A DNA stretch of 64,000 nt from the NCBI GenBank assembly GCA_964457085.1, contig CAYWDM010000002.1:116037-180036 (forward strand), written 5' to 3'. The position numbers and the translations under genes were made by a program. Positions 9,769 to 20,065 of the stretch are shown here, one piece after another (positions within the stretch are counted from its first letter, which is position 1; each line of letters starts with the position of its first letter). This DNA comes from an uncultured Pseudomonadales bacterium. GTDB lineage: Bacteria; Patescibacteriota; Microgenomatia; UBA1400; PJMF01. The notes under the pieces were generated by a model that saw only the letters and a program-made list of their open reading frames with translations, did no database searches and had not been told where the DNA came from.

Positions 9769-10134
9769 ATGGGTGTAAATGCTACTATTTCTAATACCAC
9801 AAATGCCGTTCAGTCTGGCATAAATGACCTCCCACTTTCAGCTGCAGAACAAGCATTGAAAGATCGAATTGATCGTTATAACCAATTACCCGAAGTTAAA
9901 GGTGAAGAGTTGGTAGATCAGTACTTGGATCTACAGACCACATCGACAGTGATTAAATCAGCTGTGCAGATGGTACAGAGCGATGCTCATACAAATTTGA
10001 TTGATCAAGATACAAAACAGACCATGACTGCAGAAATTAAAACTGCGAGCCAACATCTCCTTGGTCAAGCTTCTGATTTTTTAACTGTGTGCAAAGAGTA
10101 TAAAGACCAAAATGGTACAAAGAGTACTTCATAA
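9769..10134 (+). CDS. Hypothetical protein, 121 aa, first gene of the accessory region.
   Basis: ORF ending 6 bp before the 1047-aa gene, so probably co-transcribed. Confidence 0.45.
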   Translation: MGVNATISNTTNAVQSGINDLPLSAAEQALKDRIDRYNQLPEVKGEELVDQYLDLQTTSTVIKSAVQMVQSDAHTNLIDQDTKQTMTAEIKTASQHLLGQASDFLTVCKEYKDQNGTKSTS

Positions 10135-10139
10135 GTAAT

Positions 10140-13100
10140 ATGCCAAATGAAAACATCCCCTTCCTAAAGGAAATCCAAAAAGGCTATTTGCCAAATGCAA
10201 AAAATGCAGAATCTGCAAATGCAGTTTTTGACTTAGTGGCAGATGAGGCTAAATCTGTAATGGAAATGGGTGAGCAGGCAGAGGTAGTTTCGAGTGCTGC
10301 ACGTCAAGCGATTAATGAAGTCTTAAAAGGAGAACAAGTCTGGACGACCGTTTTGGAATCGGTTCAAAAAAAGTTGATGGATGGCGTTGGCAATATGGAT
10401 TCCCTTCGTGAGCTCCGAGCTTTGCAGGTGTTTGTCAAAGAAAATTTACCGATACTTTCTCAGGGTAGATTAGAGAAAAGTGGTACTGGTGAGGGTGCAA
10501 GGCGAGAACGTGCTGAGATAGTGTTAGAAGTGCAAAACATGGTGGTGAGCTCTGTTGCGGAAAAATTGGCAGACACCAAACATTTACCGCCCAGAATTAC
10601 ATTTGTACAATCTTGGCAAACTGCGATTCCTGATTTAAAGCGGAGGCTAGGAGTTGCTGGCAAAACTGAACTCTCCAAGGAGATTGACAACTTATTGGAT
10701 GCAAGTACACCATCAGGCAATGACGCACTACTTCAAGTAAATAGGATGTTTTCGGAAGCGAAAATTACTGAATTTGTAGCTCGTTATGAGGTGAAATCAG
10801 AAGCTGATTCAGAATCTGCCACCACCATGTCTCCACAGGGCGAAGTGTATGCAGCATTTCTGCAACAACAGCTGGAATCTTTTGATGCCGGGCAGCATCA
10901 AATAATCAACACTCAAGTTACTCAATTAGAAGAACAATTTTTGAATGACATATTTGCTGGGATCTGGCAGAGAAATGGTAAACTTTCGAAAACGCTAGAT
11001 GAATTACCTGATGATCGTAGAGGTAACAGAGCTATCTCCGAGATAGTCAAGATGAGTGTGGAAGGTGGTAATCTGGGTGATTATTTATTAGCTTTGGGGC
11101 AGTTAAGTAATGAACAGCGAAGAATTGCTTTCCAAAACTCATATGATGCTTGGAATAAAGTTCCTAGAACCGCAGAGGAAAAGTCAGAAGCAGCAAAGAT
11201 ACTATTGGTGGCCTTTGATAGGGAGACAGACGGTGAAACCAATTACGCAGTTGAACAGCTGCAAAAGAGTGCTGGAAATCCTGATGTAGTGCAACTTCGG
11301 GCCGAGTCAAAAGCAGAACTGACGAAGGAAGCCATGGGTGAGCTTACATCCGATTTATTCACTATTGATCTGACAAATCCAAGTTACAGACTCTATGTGC
11401 CTGAGTTAGTCAGTAAGCTGATCGATAAGGGTGTAGATACTCGGAGGTTAGCCGCGGCTCAACTAGCGAAACAAGAAATATTCCAAACTACAATTACTGA
11501 TATTCTAGAAAAACACATGCCAAAAGATGTCACACAGGCACAACAGTTTATCGATGAGTCTAGATTTGCTTTAAAAAATGCACAGAAATTGGAATATTAT
11601 CGACAAGGAAAAGATGGCTTTGTGATTCGGAAGGACTTGGGTGAGCGTGACAATCAAGTGCTGGAGCGTCGTAAGCAACAAATGTTTTTAGTAGGCTTCG
11701 TACGCCATTTGTTAAATCAACCTCAACATGCACCAGAAGCAGTGACTGACATGCGGCAGTATTTTGCAGATGCCGAGAAGTTTGGAGTTACCGCCAAAAT
11801 CTTGATCGATATTCATAACTCTGTCTCTACCGCGATTGTGGCATTTAATAAGAAAATCGAGGCTACAAGTGTGGGAGCTTATCACAGAGAAAGTGCTGCA
11901 ATTGACTTTACCGACCACATGACACGGGTTATGAAAATCCCACCTCCACTTGGTGTTCATATGCTCACCATGACTGAAGCAAAAGGTCTAGAGAATTATG
12001 GCTGGGGCGGTGAGGATCGCCCAAGCACTGGTAATGTCGGAATATATACTGACAATGCTGAGGATTCGAGAGATCAGGTTATAGCTGGGTATGCAGTGAA
12101 AGATGTTCTAAAAAGAGCTCAGATGAAGGTTGATAAATCAGGGATTGTCCCGTTATTAAATACCGGAGCTGAGCTAGATTCTTTTGAGTCTAGACTGGCC
12201 AGACATGAGTCATTGCTCAAGCCAGGGTTTGGAGGAATGTATGAGGGCCAGCAATGGCACAATGTTGATAGATTTGACAATCTAATCAAAAATGATCCAT
12301 ATGTCGATCTACAAACAAAAGCAGCGGAGTCTTTAGTTGAGCCTGATGAGCAGGCATTAAAAGCAGCCATGGAGAAGTTGGCACTGACAGGTAAAAAAGG
12401 AGATGAGCTATCATCAGCCGTAGATTCTTGGGGATATCATTGTGAAAATGATTACTCAAGACTTGGTTTTGCAGAGAAAGGCCTAATTAGGTTGGGAGGT
12501 GGTAGTAGCACACTTGCGAGTGAGAAGCACAGGTATGAGCAAAGCGCCGAACAGTTAACTGGCGAGAAATTCAATTTACTTGAGAGTGCAGATCGGTTGC
12601 GTTTGAGAAATACTCTTGAAGCTAGGAAGAAAGCAGCGCAAAAGAAATTGGCTACAGAGATTGCTACGAAGATCAAGGGAATTAGTGCAAAAGTAGTTTC
12701 TGGTGAAAGCATGGCTGCTGAGTATGTAAAAATGATGCTTAAAGATCCAGAGATGCCTTCACTGGAGGTCGTTGATTACAGCCAAAATTATCGTACATTA
12801 AAGGTGATTGCAGCTGATGACATTAATACGGTGCAGACTGATCCTCGCCTTGAAGTTATATATCGTACTTTCCAGAAAGCGAGAGAGGCTTATGGGAAAA
12901 GAGTGTATTCAAAGGTGAATAACTTAGTGGCAAATCGTGCCTATGGTACAGAGACTCAAGCGATAGAGGATGCAGTTGGAGAGTTGAGATTAAAATTAGG
13001 ATATACGGAAGCTAGAGAATCTATGGGGTACAGTAGAGAGCCTTCGCCACCAAAAGTTGATTTAACTCCGATCAGTCGAGCTATCGAACCTGTTCTCAAA

Positions 13101-13283
13101 AAAGGCTATGCACTCAACACTCAAGCAATCAATTTGAATTCAATAAAATCAGAGCCATTCAAGCAAATGCCAGGTGGTTCAGAAGATTCTGAACAGGTAG
13201 TGCTCAAAAAGAAACAAGAGCTTGAACAGAGACAGCAGAAACTAGTGATGGCAGCAACGCCTTCACCTCAGCAGTCATCGTAA
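10140..13283 (+). CDS. Large hypothetical protein (1047 aa), helical and charged, no recognisable catalytic motif.
   Basis: Uninterrupted 3.1-kb ORF with consistent composition and no signal peptide. Confidence 0.6.
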   Translation: MPNENIPFLKEIQKGYLPNAKNAESANAVFDLVADEAKSVMEMGEQAEVVSSAARQAINEVLKGEQVWTTVLESVQKKLMDGVGNMDSLRELRALQVFVKENLPILSQGRLEKSGTGEGARRERAEIVLEVQNMVVSSVAEKLADTKHLPPRITFVQSWQTAIPDLKRRLGVAGKTELSKEIDNLLDASTPSGNDALLQVNRMFSEAKITEFVARYEVKSEADSESATTMSPQGEVYAAFLQQQLESFDAGQHQIINTQVTQLEEQFLNDIFAGIWQRNGKLSKTLDELPDDRRGNRAISEIVKMSVEGGNLGDYLLALGQLSNEQRRIAFQNSYDAWNKVPRTAEEKSEAAKILLVAFDRETDGETNYAVEQLQKSAGNPDVVQLRAESKAELTKEAMGELTSDLFTIDLTNPSYRLYVPELVSKLIDKGVDTRRLAAAQLAKQEIFQTTITDILEKHMPKDVTQAQQFIDESRFALKNAQKLEYYRQGKDGFVIRKDLGERDNQVLERRKQQMFLVGFVRHLLNQPQHAPEAVTDMRQYFADAEKFGVTAKILIDIHNSVSTAIVAFNKKIEATSVGAYHRESAAIDFTDHMTRVMKIPPPLGVHMLTMTEAKGLENYGWGGEDRPSTGNVGIYTDNAEDSRDQVIAGYAVKDVLKRAQMKVDKSGIVPLLNTGAELDSFESRLARHESLLKPGFGGMYEGQQWHNVDRFDNLIKNDPYVDLQTKAAESLVEPDEQALKAAMEKLALTGKKGDELSSAVDSWGYHCENDYSRLGFAEKGLIRLGGGSSTLASEKHRYEQSAEQLTGEKFNLLESADRLRLRNTLEARKKAAQKKLATEIATKIKGISAKVVSGESMAAEYVKMMLKDPEMPSLEVVDYSQNYRTLKVIAADDINTVQTDPRLEVIYRTFQKAREAYGKRVYSKVNNLVANRAYGTETQAIEDAVGELRLKLGYTEARESMGYSREPSPPKVDLTPISRAIEPVLKKGYALNTQAINLNSIKSEPFKQMPGGSEDSEQVVLKKKQELEQRQQKLVMAATPSPQQSS

Positions 13284-13348
13284 ATTGCTGATTTAGTTTT
13301 GCCGATTGCTGACATGTTAATTTCAGAAATGAAGAAGTGGTGACTTCA

Positions 13349-14092
13349 TTAACTATTTGGCTTGAAGTCTTTTGGAAAAGGATGAGCTGAGGGGTAGTTT
13401 TGTGTCCAACCACCACCATATTTTTTGTTGGCCAAGAGTATAGCTCGCTCTCCGGGATCAATCACGATTAGCTTGCCATCAGCAGTGCGTAGTAGCCCTT
13501 TAGCTACCAAACCCTGAAGGATTGAGTCAAAAATTTCTTCTGGTTTATTATTTACCTCGTTGGTGATTTTGTTGGTGTCTTTTTTAGAGATCACTACTGC
13601 TGCCCATAATCGTTGATATGGCCCATCAGTATCATCTTCGCTTTTGCCAAGAAATGAAAAGGCAAACACAAAATCTCCATGTTCCCAGCCACCTTTTTTT
13701 GAATCACAGGGAATTAGATCAAAGGCTGGTTTTCCCAGTAACCCATCTATTACAGTTTGACCGCGACTGTGTGATTGCTTGTCAAAACAGGTTTCATCAA
13801 ATTTGCGAACAGGTACAAAGATACCTATTGTTTTCATGCCACTCTCCACTGCTTGTTTAAATGACTGATCTGCAGTGATTGCAGCTTTTATCTTGCCAAG
13901 AATTTCAGTGAGACCAGGGCTCATTTCTTGAAGCGGTTTGATTTTGTCTCCGTGTAGAGTTTCGCCAGTTCTGCCAAGAAAAAGTGGTGGTGTTTCCTGT
14001 TCCTCAACGCCGAAAAAACCTTCTTTTCCTGGTCCATTTTTGCCAATTCCTGCTTTTCCAATTCCTGCTTTGCCTGCAAGTGCCTGTGCCAT
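13349..14092 (-). CDS. Module protein A1 (247 aa), paralogous to the 19230..19985 protein and divergently transcribed from giant gene B1.
   Basis: The C-terminal half aligns with A2 (WEHGDFVFAF...SKKDTNK... versus EHGWALFVMSGKDTNK...). N-terminal GKAGIGKAGIGK micro-repeat. Confidence 0.6.
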   Translation of the reverse strand: MAQALAGKAGIGKAGIGKNGPGKEGFFGVEEQETPPLFLGRTGETLHGDKIKPLQEMSPGLTEILGKIKAAITADQSFKQAVESGMKTIGIFVPVRKFDETCFDKQSHSRGQTVIDGLLGKPAFDLIPCDSKKGGWEHGDFVFAFSFLGKSEDDTDGPYQRLWAAVVISKKDTNKITNEVNNKPEEIFDSILQGLVAKGLLRTADGKLIVIDPGERAILLANKKYGGGWTQNYPSAHPFPKDFKPNS

Positions 14093-14154
14093 AGTTCTGT
14101 CTCCCAGATCATATTAGCACTAAAAGCCTATGTTTTGCATCATAAAAATCAGCT

Positions 14155-17100
14155 ATGATTATTTTGGAAATGATATTGGAAGCGACAACAGTGACCGGAG
14201 CTAGGCAACATGGATTTGACGATCTTGTTGTGGCTCCTGAGGATCCCGTATCAGTACTCAGAGATTTGAATTGTGGTGAGGTGAGAACAAAAGATACCTC
14301 ATACCTAAAAAGCCAAAATGAAGTTTCGGATATGGTTAAGGCCACAAAAGAACTAAAGTGGCCAGGTTTTTGGTACGAATTACTGCAGGGAGCTTGGGAT
14401 TATAACGACTGGAGTAAAGGTAGTCCTCAAATTACCATTACTTTTGCTGGTGGTGAATCAATTTCACTGGCTCAGTTTGTCAGTGAGTGTGCTGCAGCTG
14501 GTGGTTTAAAAAAACTCAAACGTGGTCGAATTCAAGAAGTGAGTGTCAGCAATAACATTCGCGGAGATACTGGACTGCGACCTGTAAATGTGGTGTTGAC
14601 TGATCACGATGAAAAGGACGGTAAAAAACCACTGGGAACACATGGGCGAGGACTAAAAATTGCCAGTACTTGTGTTTTTGCTGGCGAATTGGCTAAAGCG
14701 ATTTCATATGAGTCATGGGTGCCAGAAATGGGTATGTGGTACGGTGAGGCCGGCATGCATCGGGATGAAGATGACCCAAAAGCTCCAGAAAATTTTCAAA
14801 TTAAATACAAACGAAATAAGGAATTGCAGACAGATAGAACTGTAATTAGAGTAACAGAGCCTGCAGAGGATTTGGTAGAAGCACTAATTTCATTTCAAGA
14901 TTGGTTTTTACCAGTCAATGGCAACTACCGTTTCCAAAGGATGGAGGCACAATCTGCAGATATGGTGCCTAATCGAGCTACGATTTTTGCCAACAAAAAA
15001 CACGCTCAAGAACCCCACGATGCTGCGGTTACTCCTTCAGAGCTGAGGTGGACGTATGGGCAAAATAAACTGGATGAGGCCGATGGTGTGGAACCACCTA
15101 GAGTCGAGATTCTATCGCGGGAATTATTGCCAACTGCACCAAATCCTATTAATTTTGTGTTTATTGATGGTTTGAGGGTGGGAGTGCCGGGAGCTACATT
15201 TTGTCAAATCTATGCTTTTTGGGGCTGGGGCAAAGGGACTAGTCATGGATACAATCCTGGTCGATCAAATGACTCGCTTAAAATGACCGGTGATATTGAC
15301 GATTTGTTGGCAAAAACATTAACGCTTAACACTAATGCAGCAGTTTTTTTGGAAATCATGGTTGCGAATTTAAATGGCCACAAAACGTATGAGGGTACAG
15401 AAGTGTCATATCTAGATGCTCTCGCTGGAAATGCAGCATCAAAGTCAGCACTGACACATGCATGGGAAGAATTAAGGATGGCAACTAATTCACCTGCAGA
15501 TGTTTTGATTACAGACTCTAAAGACGATTATGATCGGGCAAAGCGTGAGCAAAAAGTCGCTTTATTTTTGCCAAAACGATGGACAGCAATTTTGTGTGAG
15601 ATTATTCCAGGTTTGACTACTGCAGGCACGGTTTTTTCTCAAGAATTTGAAGAGGTTCAAGCGAAAGAGAGAGCCACTAGGCAGGCTATGGAACTGCAAC
15701 AGCGTGAAATGGAGGCTCGGGTTGTGAGAGAGAAGGAAGAGGCAATTGAACAATATAGAAAGAGCCGAGGTATTGTTAAGGAGGCATCAAATACTGGTGA
15801 AGTCATTAAAATGGCAAGACCAGAAAACAAACAAATAACGTTGCAACTGGCTTTATTGCATCTGGTGCATGCGTTGGCTATGGATGGTGGCAGAGTTGTA
15901 TCAGGCGATCCAAAGAAATTAATTCTCGAGATGCGAGCTGGTGGTTTTGATCAGTTGCCCAATAATACCAATTCGCTTGATGTACTTGGTGAATTTCTCA
16001 AATTGTACCTGGTGGTGTTTGGTAGTGACGCAATCGCAGAGTTAAAAATCGTGAGACAAGAAAAGGGAGTGTATTTCAATTTTGCCAGAAGTAAAAAAGC
16101 TGATTCTTTTGGCAACTACACCATTGAGGTACAGCAGGGTGAACTGGAACTACCACATGACAGTTGGGTGCAGTTAGAGTTGTCATTACCAGACACAACT
16201 GATGATAACGCATCCACTGGCGAAGCACGCCAACCACTAACTAGTGTTGATGGAGAAGATCTAGATTGTGCTGGATACCATGATGTGCTGACTCAGGCGA
16301 TTCGCGCCATCAGTAATTTGGATGGAACAGTTGATAGAAATGTCTATATGGCGAGTGAATATTTTGCACTGTATCCAGCAGCTGAAGCCAGAATGCGACT
16401 CCGCATGGAGATCGAAAAAACACAGCTTGAAATGAAGCTGTTATTCGATGAACAAAATAAATTGCGAGTGAGGTCTGGACTCAAGCCGTTGCCATATCCA
16501 GATGAATTAAAAACAACACGACCTCGGAAGGTGGGGCTTGGTGCTGGTATGGGACTACCGCCTGCGGAAGCCGACCTAACTCCAGCAGAAGAAGAGGAAA
16601 AGACTAAACAAAATCGTGAACATTCTGCAGCTCGAAAGTTACGTCAAAAAATGTCCAACATCTTGACGGGCAATGAAATTTTAGATGATGTTCCAGTCGA
16701 CTCTGAGATTATTAGTATGATTCACCCAGATAGCGTTCCGGGATTGAGTGAAAAAGGCGATGTGGAACGTATGCAGATGGTGCTGGCTGAATTACCCATT
16801 GGTGAGCGGATGAGAGCAACATTGGCTGAAAAGATGCGTGAGATTCTCAATCGTGTGGCAGTGCCAGACTTCTCACTCAGTTCAGGAGAATGGTTGCATC
16901 TGCGCGGATATTTAATTGATCACATTAATCCCGCTCATTCAATCACAACTACAGATAATTATGATGCTCTACCAGCCCTACCATTCACTGAGATGCAGGC
17001 AAATCCCTGTCTCAGATTTAATAAGAAAATTATTGCAGGACTATATTCAATTCCATGCCCACCTGGATTTCATCCGGTGGCAGTCAGTCATCCTGGCGGT

Positions 17101-18747
17101 CCAAATATTGGTTTACATTTCTCTGGCAATTTAGAGAAAAATGTTTTTGCAATGAATCTTGAAAAAGACGTGCCTCCGGGACTGAGTTTTTATTTTGAGC
17201 CGACCAAAACAGTTGATCGTTCATTACCCGATCAGCGTGAATGTGAAGTCACAGCTGATGAATCTAGTTTGGCAGAGCACTGGTTTAATTTGATTACCTC
17301 AATTCGTGAGTCATCACTAACTGATAAGCAAAAAGTTGATGTCATTATTCGTGCTTGGGTCAAGGCTTTTAACTACAGCAAAGAACAAAAAGCATTTGAC
17401 GAATATACAGATAGTCGAGGAATTAAAAAGAAATTTACTACAGATATCATTAACAAATCGATTGGCAACTGTGGGTATGCAACCCAAGGTATTTTAGGGT
17501 TACTTACTTTAATTGGGATTCCGACCAGAGATGTGGCGGCATTTCTGCATGATGGCGGTGGCAATTTTTCGCGTCAAGGAAATTATCACGGTATGGTGCA
17601 AGTCTATATTGATAACCGTTGGGTGTTGATCGAACCGCAAAGCGGATATGTTCAGGAAGGGTATGAAACTGAAGAACTACCCACAACTGTTCGTACTGAA
17701 TTTGAAAATTTACTCGGTGAGATTCCCAGAAGGTACTTAGAGTCAGCTCGAACTGTTGCGGCACTGCCTGATGTAGTTGGAGAAGATGAGAACGAAATAC
17801 CAACCATGGCTACTGGGCTTCGTGAGAGCTTGCGGGCTTTACTGCCATTTAGCTTACCAACATTTTCAAATCCATTTGCACTACTTCGTGACCGATGGAC
17901 TGAATTCATGCAGCGACGTCGAGAATCAAGCGGACGTAATCAGCACGAGGCAACAGTAATAAATCCCGCTGAGTTGCTCCGCGACTTAGCACAGGCAACA
18001 AATGCACTACAGCTAACTGAAGGAAAATTACCAGAGGGAATAACTCAATCTGAACCATTTACTGGTGCAGATATGGGACAGCAATTTTTGATTGAGCTGA
18101 GCACACAAATTACAGAGATGATGGCTGATTCCCCAACAACCATTCTTAATCCAGATGCTCCAATTGCCGAAAGATTAGAAGTAATGGAAGAGCAGTTATT
18201 GCATTACACTCGTTTGTTGCAAACTGTGCGAACAGCACAAATGTATGAGATGGTAACCGATGATCAAGTTGAGGCGATAAAGAATACTGTTGATAGACTG
18301 GGTCAGTTTGTGGTGCAGCTGCGAAATGAACAATCTGAGTTTGAGGATGCACAGCTACGAAAAGAATTATTCAGGGCAAATTTGAAAAAATCATTATTGC
18401 GGCTGAGTGCAGTTACAGCCGGAGCAACCATTGGAGCATTGTTGGCTCCACATATGAATGAGATCTTGTCACTGGGAGCTACTCAATTAGCTGCAACCAA
18501 ACAGCTGGTGGAATCACTGGCATCATCAGGACCAAATCTTCCCTCACCATCTGAAATTGCAACCAGTACCCAAGATTTTGCTCAAGAACAACTCCGAAAA
18601 ATCGAGTCCGTACCACAAAAACCAATTACTGAAACAATGCGACAGTATTGGCTGCTCGCATTAGTGGCAACAATACTAGCTGGCACACATACAGGAGCAT
18701 ATATGTTGGGTAAGACGAAAGAATCACCCGCAGAAATAGAGGATTAA
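14155..18747 (+). CDS. Giant protein B1 (1530 aa) with a transglutaminase-like (papain-fold) Cys/His core near the C-terminus and C-terminal hydrophobic segments.
   Basis: Conserved with B2 over the N-terminus (KDTSYLKSQNEV...WPGFWYELLQGAWDYNDW; IRGDTGLRP; GTHGRGLKIAS; YAFWGWGKG...NPGRSNDSLK). Cys motif IGNCGYATQG, then YHGMVQVYIDNRWVLIEPQ, and a Glu/Lys/Arg coiled central region. Confidence 0.7.
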   Translation: MIILEMILEATTVTGARQHGFDDLVVAPEDPVSVLRDLNCGEVRTKDTSYLKSQNEVSDMVKATKELKWPGFWYELLQGAWDYNDWSKGSPQITITFAGGESISLAQFVSECAAAGGLKKLKRGRIQEVSVSNNIRGDTGLRPVNVVLTDHDEKDGKKPLGTHGRGLKIASTCVFAGELAKAISYESWVPEMGMWYGEAGMHRDEDDPKAPENFQIKYKRNKELQTDRTVIRVTEPAEDLVEALISFQDWFLPVNGNYRFQRMEAQSADMVPNRATIFANKKHAQEPHDAAVTPSELRWTYGQNKLDEADGVEPPRVEILSRELLPTAPNPINFVFIDGLRVGVPGATFCQIYAFWGWGKGTSHGYNPGRSNDSLKMTGDIDDLLAKTLTLNTNAAVFLEIMVANLNGHKTYEGTEVSYLDALAGNAASKSALTHAWEELRMATNSPADVLITDSKDDYDRAKREQKVALFLPKRWTAILCEIIPGLTTAGTVFSQEFEEVQAKERATRQAMELQQREMEARVVREKEEAIEQYRKSRGIVKEASNTGEVIKMARPENKQITLQLALLHLVHALAMDGGRVVSGDPKKLILEMRAGGFDQLPNNTNSLDVLGEFLKLYLVVFGSDAIAELKIVRQEKGVYFNFARSKKADSFGNYTIEVQQGELELPHDSWVQLELSLPDTTDDNASTGEARQPLTSVDGEDLDCAGYHDVLTQAIRAISNLDGTVDRNVYMASEYFALYPAAEARMRLRMEIEKTQLEMKLLFDEQNKLRVRSGLKPLPYPDELKTTRPRKVGLGAGMGLPPAEADLTPAEEEEKTKQNREHSAARKLRQKMSNILTGNEILDDVPVDSEIISMIHPDSVPGLSEKGDVERMQMVLAELPIGERMRATLAEKMREILNRVAVPDFSLSSGEWLHLRGYLIDHINPAHSITTTDNYDALPALPFTEMQANPCLRFNKKIIAGLYSIPCPPGFHPVAVSHPGGPNIGLHFSGNLEKNVFAMNLEKDVPPGLSFYFEPTKTVDRSLPDQRECEVTADESSLAEHWFNLITSIRESSLTDKQKVDVIIRAWVKAFNYSKEQKAFDEYTDSRGIKKKFTTDIINKSIGNCGYATQGILGLLTLIGIPTRDVAAFLHDGGGNFSRQGNYHGMVQVYIDNRWVLIEPQSGYVQEGYETEELPTTVRTEFENLLGEIPRRYLESARTVAALPDVVGEDENEIPTMATGLRESLRALLPFSLPTFSNPFALLRDRWTEFMQRRRESSGRNQHEATVINPAELLRDLAQATNALQLTEGKLPEGITQSEPFTGADMGQQFLIELSTQITEMMADSPTTILNPDAPIAERLEVMEEQLLHYTRLLQTVRTAQMYEMVTDDQVEAIKNTVDRLGQFVVQLRNEQSEFEDAQLRKELFRANLKKSLLRLSAVTAGATIGALLAPHMNEILSLGATQLAATKQLVESLASSGPNLPSPSEIATSTQDFAQEQLRKIESVPQKPITETMRQYWLLALVATILAGTHTGAYMLGKTKESPAEIED

Positions 18748-18748
18748 T

Positions 18749-19237
18749 ATGATTAAACCACCCCAAATTGCAGTGACTTCATCGATCGGTGAGTATGATT
18801 TGTTTGAGTTGATGAATCTCAGCAAAATGCCACAGTCTCAAAAAGATACTTATTTATTGGATGCTAATGCCCTGATTTGGCAGGGTTTTTTGATGGAAAA
18901 ATTACCACATTTATTAACTCAACAACAGTATCAACAACTGCAGCAACAACTAAATGATGGCAAAACTCTCGAGGAAATTTTAGCTTGGTTATTGGAGCTG
19001 GTGCCGAATTTTACATATTTGCTGGCAGAATTCACTCGTGATGCAAAAGCAACATTGGTTGAAAAACAGTTTCAGAGTGAGATCTTGAGCTTGGAAAAAA
19101 TGCTCTCAACAGAATTAACAGAACAAAATTACCAGAAGATAAAAATCAGTCTTTCAAATTACAAGACTGCACTGCGACTTGCAGTACAACAAGAATGGCG
19201 TCAGATTATTGAGTTATGGCAGGCGTCAATTATTTAA
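18749..19237 (+). CDS. Module protein C1 (162 aa), small acidic helical protein paralogous to C2.
   Basis: Its start overlaps the B1 stop (TAATATGA) and a GAGGA RBS is present. EYDLFELM...ILAWLLELVPN...AEFTRDAK aligns with C2. Confidence 0.6.
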   Translation: MIKPPQIAVTSSIGEYDLFELMNLSKMPQSQKDTYLLDANALIWQGFLMEKLPHLLTQQQYQQLQQQLNDGKTLEEILAWLLELVPNFTYLLAEFTRDAKATLVEKQFQSEILSLEKMLSTELTEQNYQKIKISLSNYKTALRLAVQQEWRQIIELWQASII

Positions 19238-19985
19238 CGGTTGTTGTTGAGGCATAATTTTTTGGATATCTGCCTTTAACATGGGTATTGGAAAGAATAA
19301 TCACATGCTCGCCCATATCAACTTCAGCTTGCTCACCAGTACTCAGTTGTAATGGTTCATCTTCTGAAAGCATTCCAAGATCAACTAAATGCTCAAATAC
19401 TGCGGATGGATCCTTCAGACAATCAGCGGCAAATTTATTAGTGTCTTTACCAGACATCACAAATAATGCCCAGCCATGTTCTTGTTTTGGTTGAGAGCTA
19501 TCTTCAGTATCATTTGTAGCGGCGATTGCAAAATGAATCACTACTGCGTGGTCTTTTGATCCCCAGTTACCTAGTTTAGATTTGATTGGCTCTTCGACTG
19601 GCTCTTCGACTGGTCTTGAAAACAATTTTTTTACAAAACTAAGTCTAGTTTTTTGACTGGTCTTCGTTGTTCGTGTTGAGCTGTCTAAAAACTGAATAGG
19701 AACCACCTGTAGCCAAGTTGTGTCGCCAGGTTTCATTTGTGACTCTGGAATGGGGTCACCTGCCAAAACGGCTTGAATGTCTTTTCTTTTGAGTACATTT
19801 TCAATTACAGGATCAAGAATTAGTTTCTCAATTTGAGAAGGTTCAAGACCTCTATCACTATGTTCTGGTTGTGGCAGTTTAATAAACTTAAATTTAAATT
19901 TTATTTGACCGTCATCGACTTCTTGTAAATCGGGTTTGCCATCAAGATTTGGTTTTGAGGGAGTAGATTCTGAGATTTGAGTCAT
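19230..19985 (-). CDS. Module protein A2 (251 aa), paralog of A1, divergent from B2.
   Basis: Alignable with A1 over the C-terminal 120 aa. Contains a PVEEPVEEP micro-repeat. The 3' end overlaps C1 convergently by 8 bp. Confidence 0.6.
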   Translation of the reverse strand: MTQISESTPSKPNLDGKPDLQEVDDGQIKFKFKFIKLPQPEHSDRGLEPSQIEKLILDPVIENVLKRKDIQAVLAGDPIPESQMKPGDTTWLQVVPIQFLDSSTRTTKTSQKTRLSFVKKLFSRPVEEPVEEPIKSKLGNWGSKDHAVVIHFAIAATNDTEDSSQPKQEHGWALFVMSGKDTNKFAADCLKDPSAVFEHLVDLGMLSEDEPLQLSTGEQAEVDMGEHVIILSNTHVKGRYPKNYASTTTVK

Positions 19986-20065
19986 GCTAATTCCTTTTTT
20001 ACTCTACTTCAGAATACCACGGAGTACTTGATCTGGACAGTAACTATCAGCTATTCTGGAGAAGT

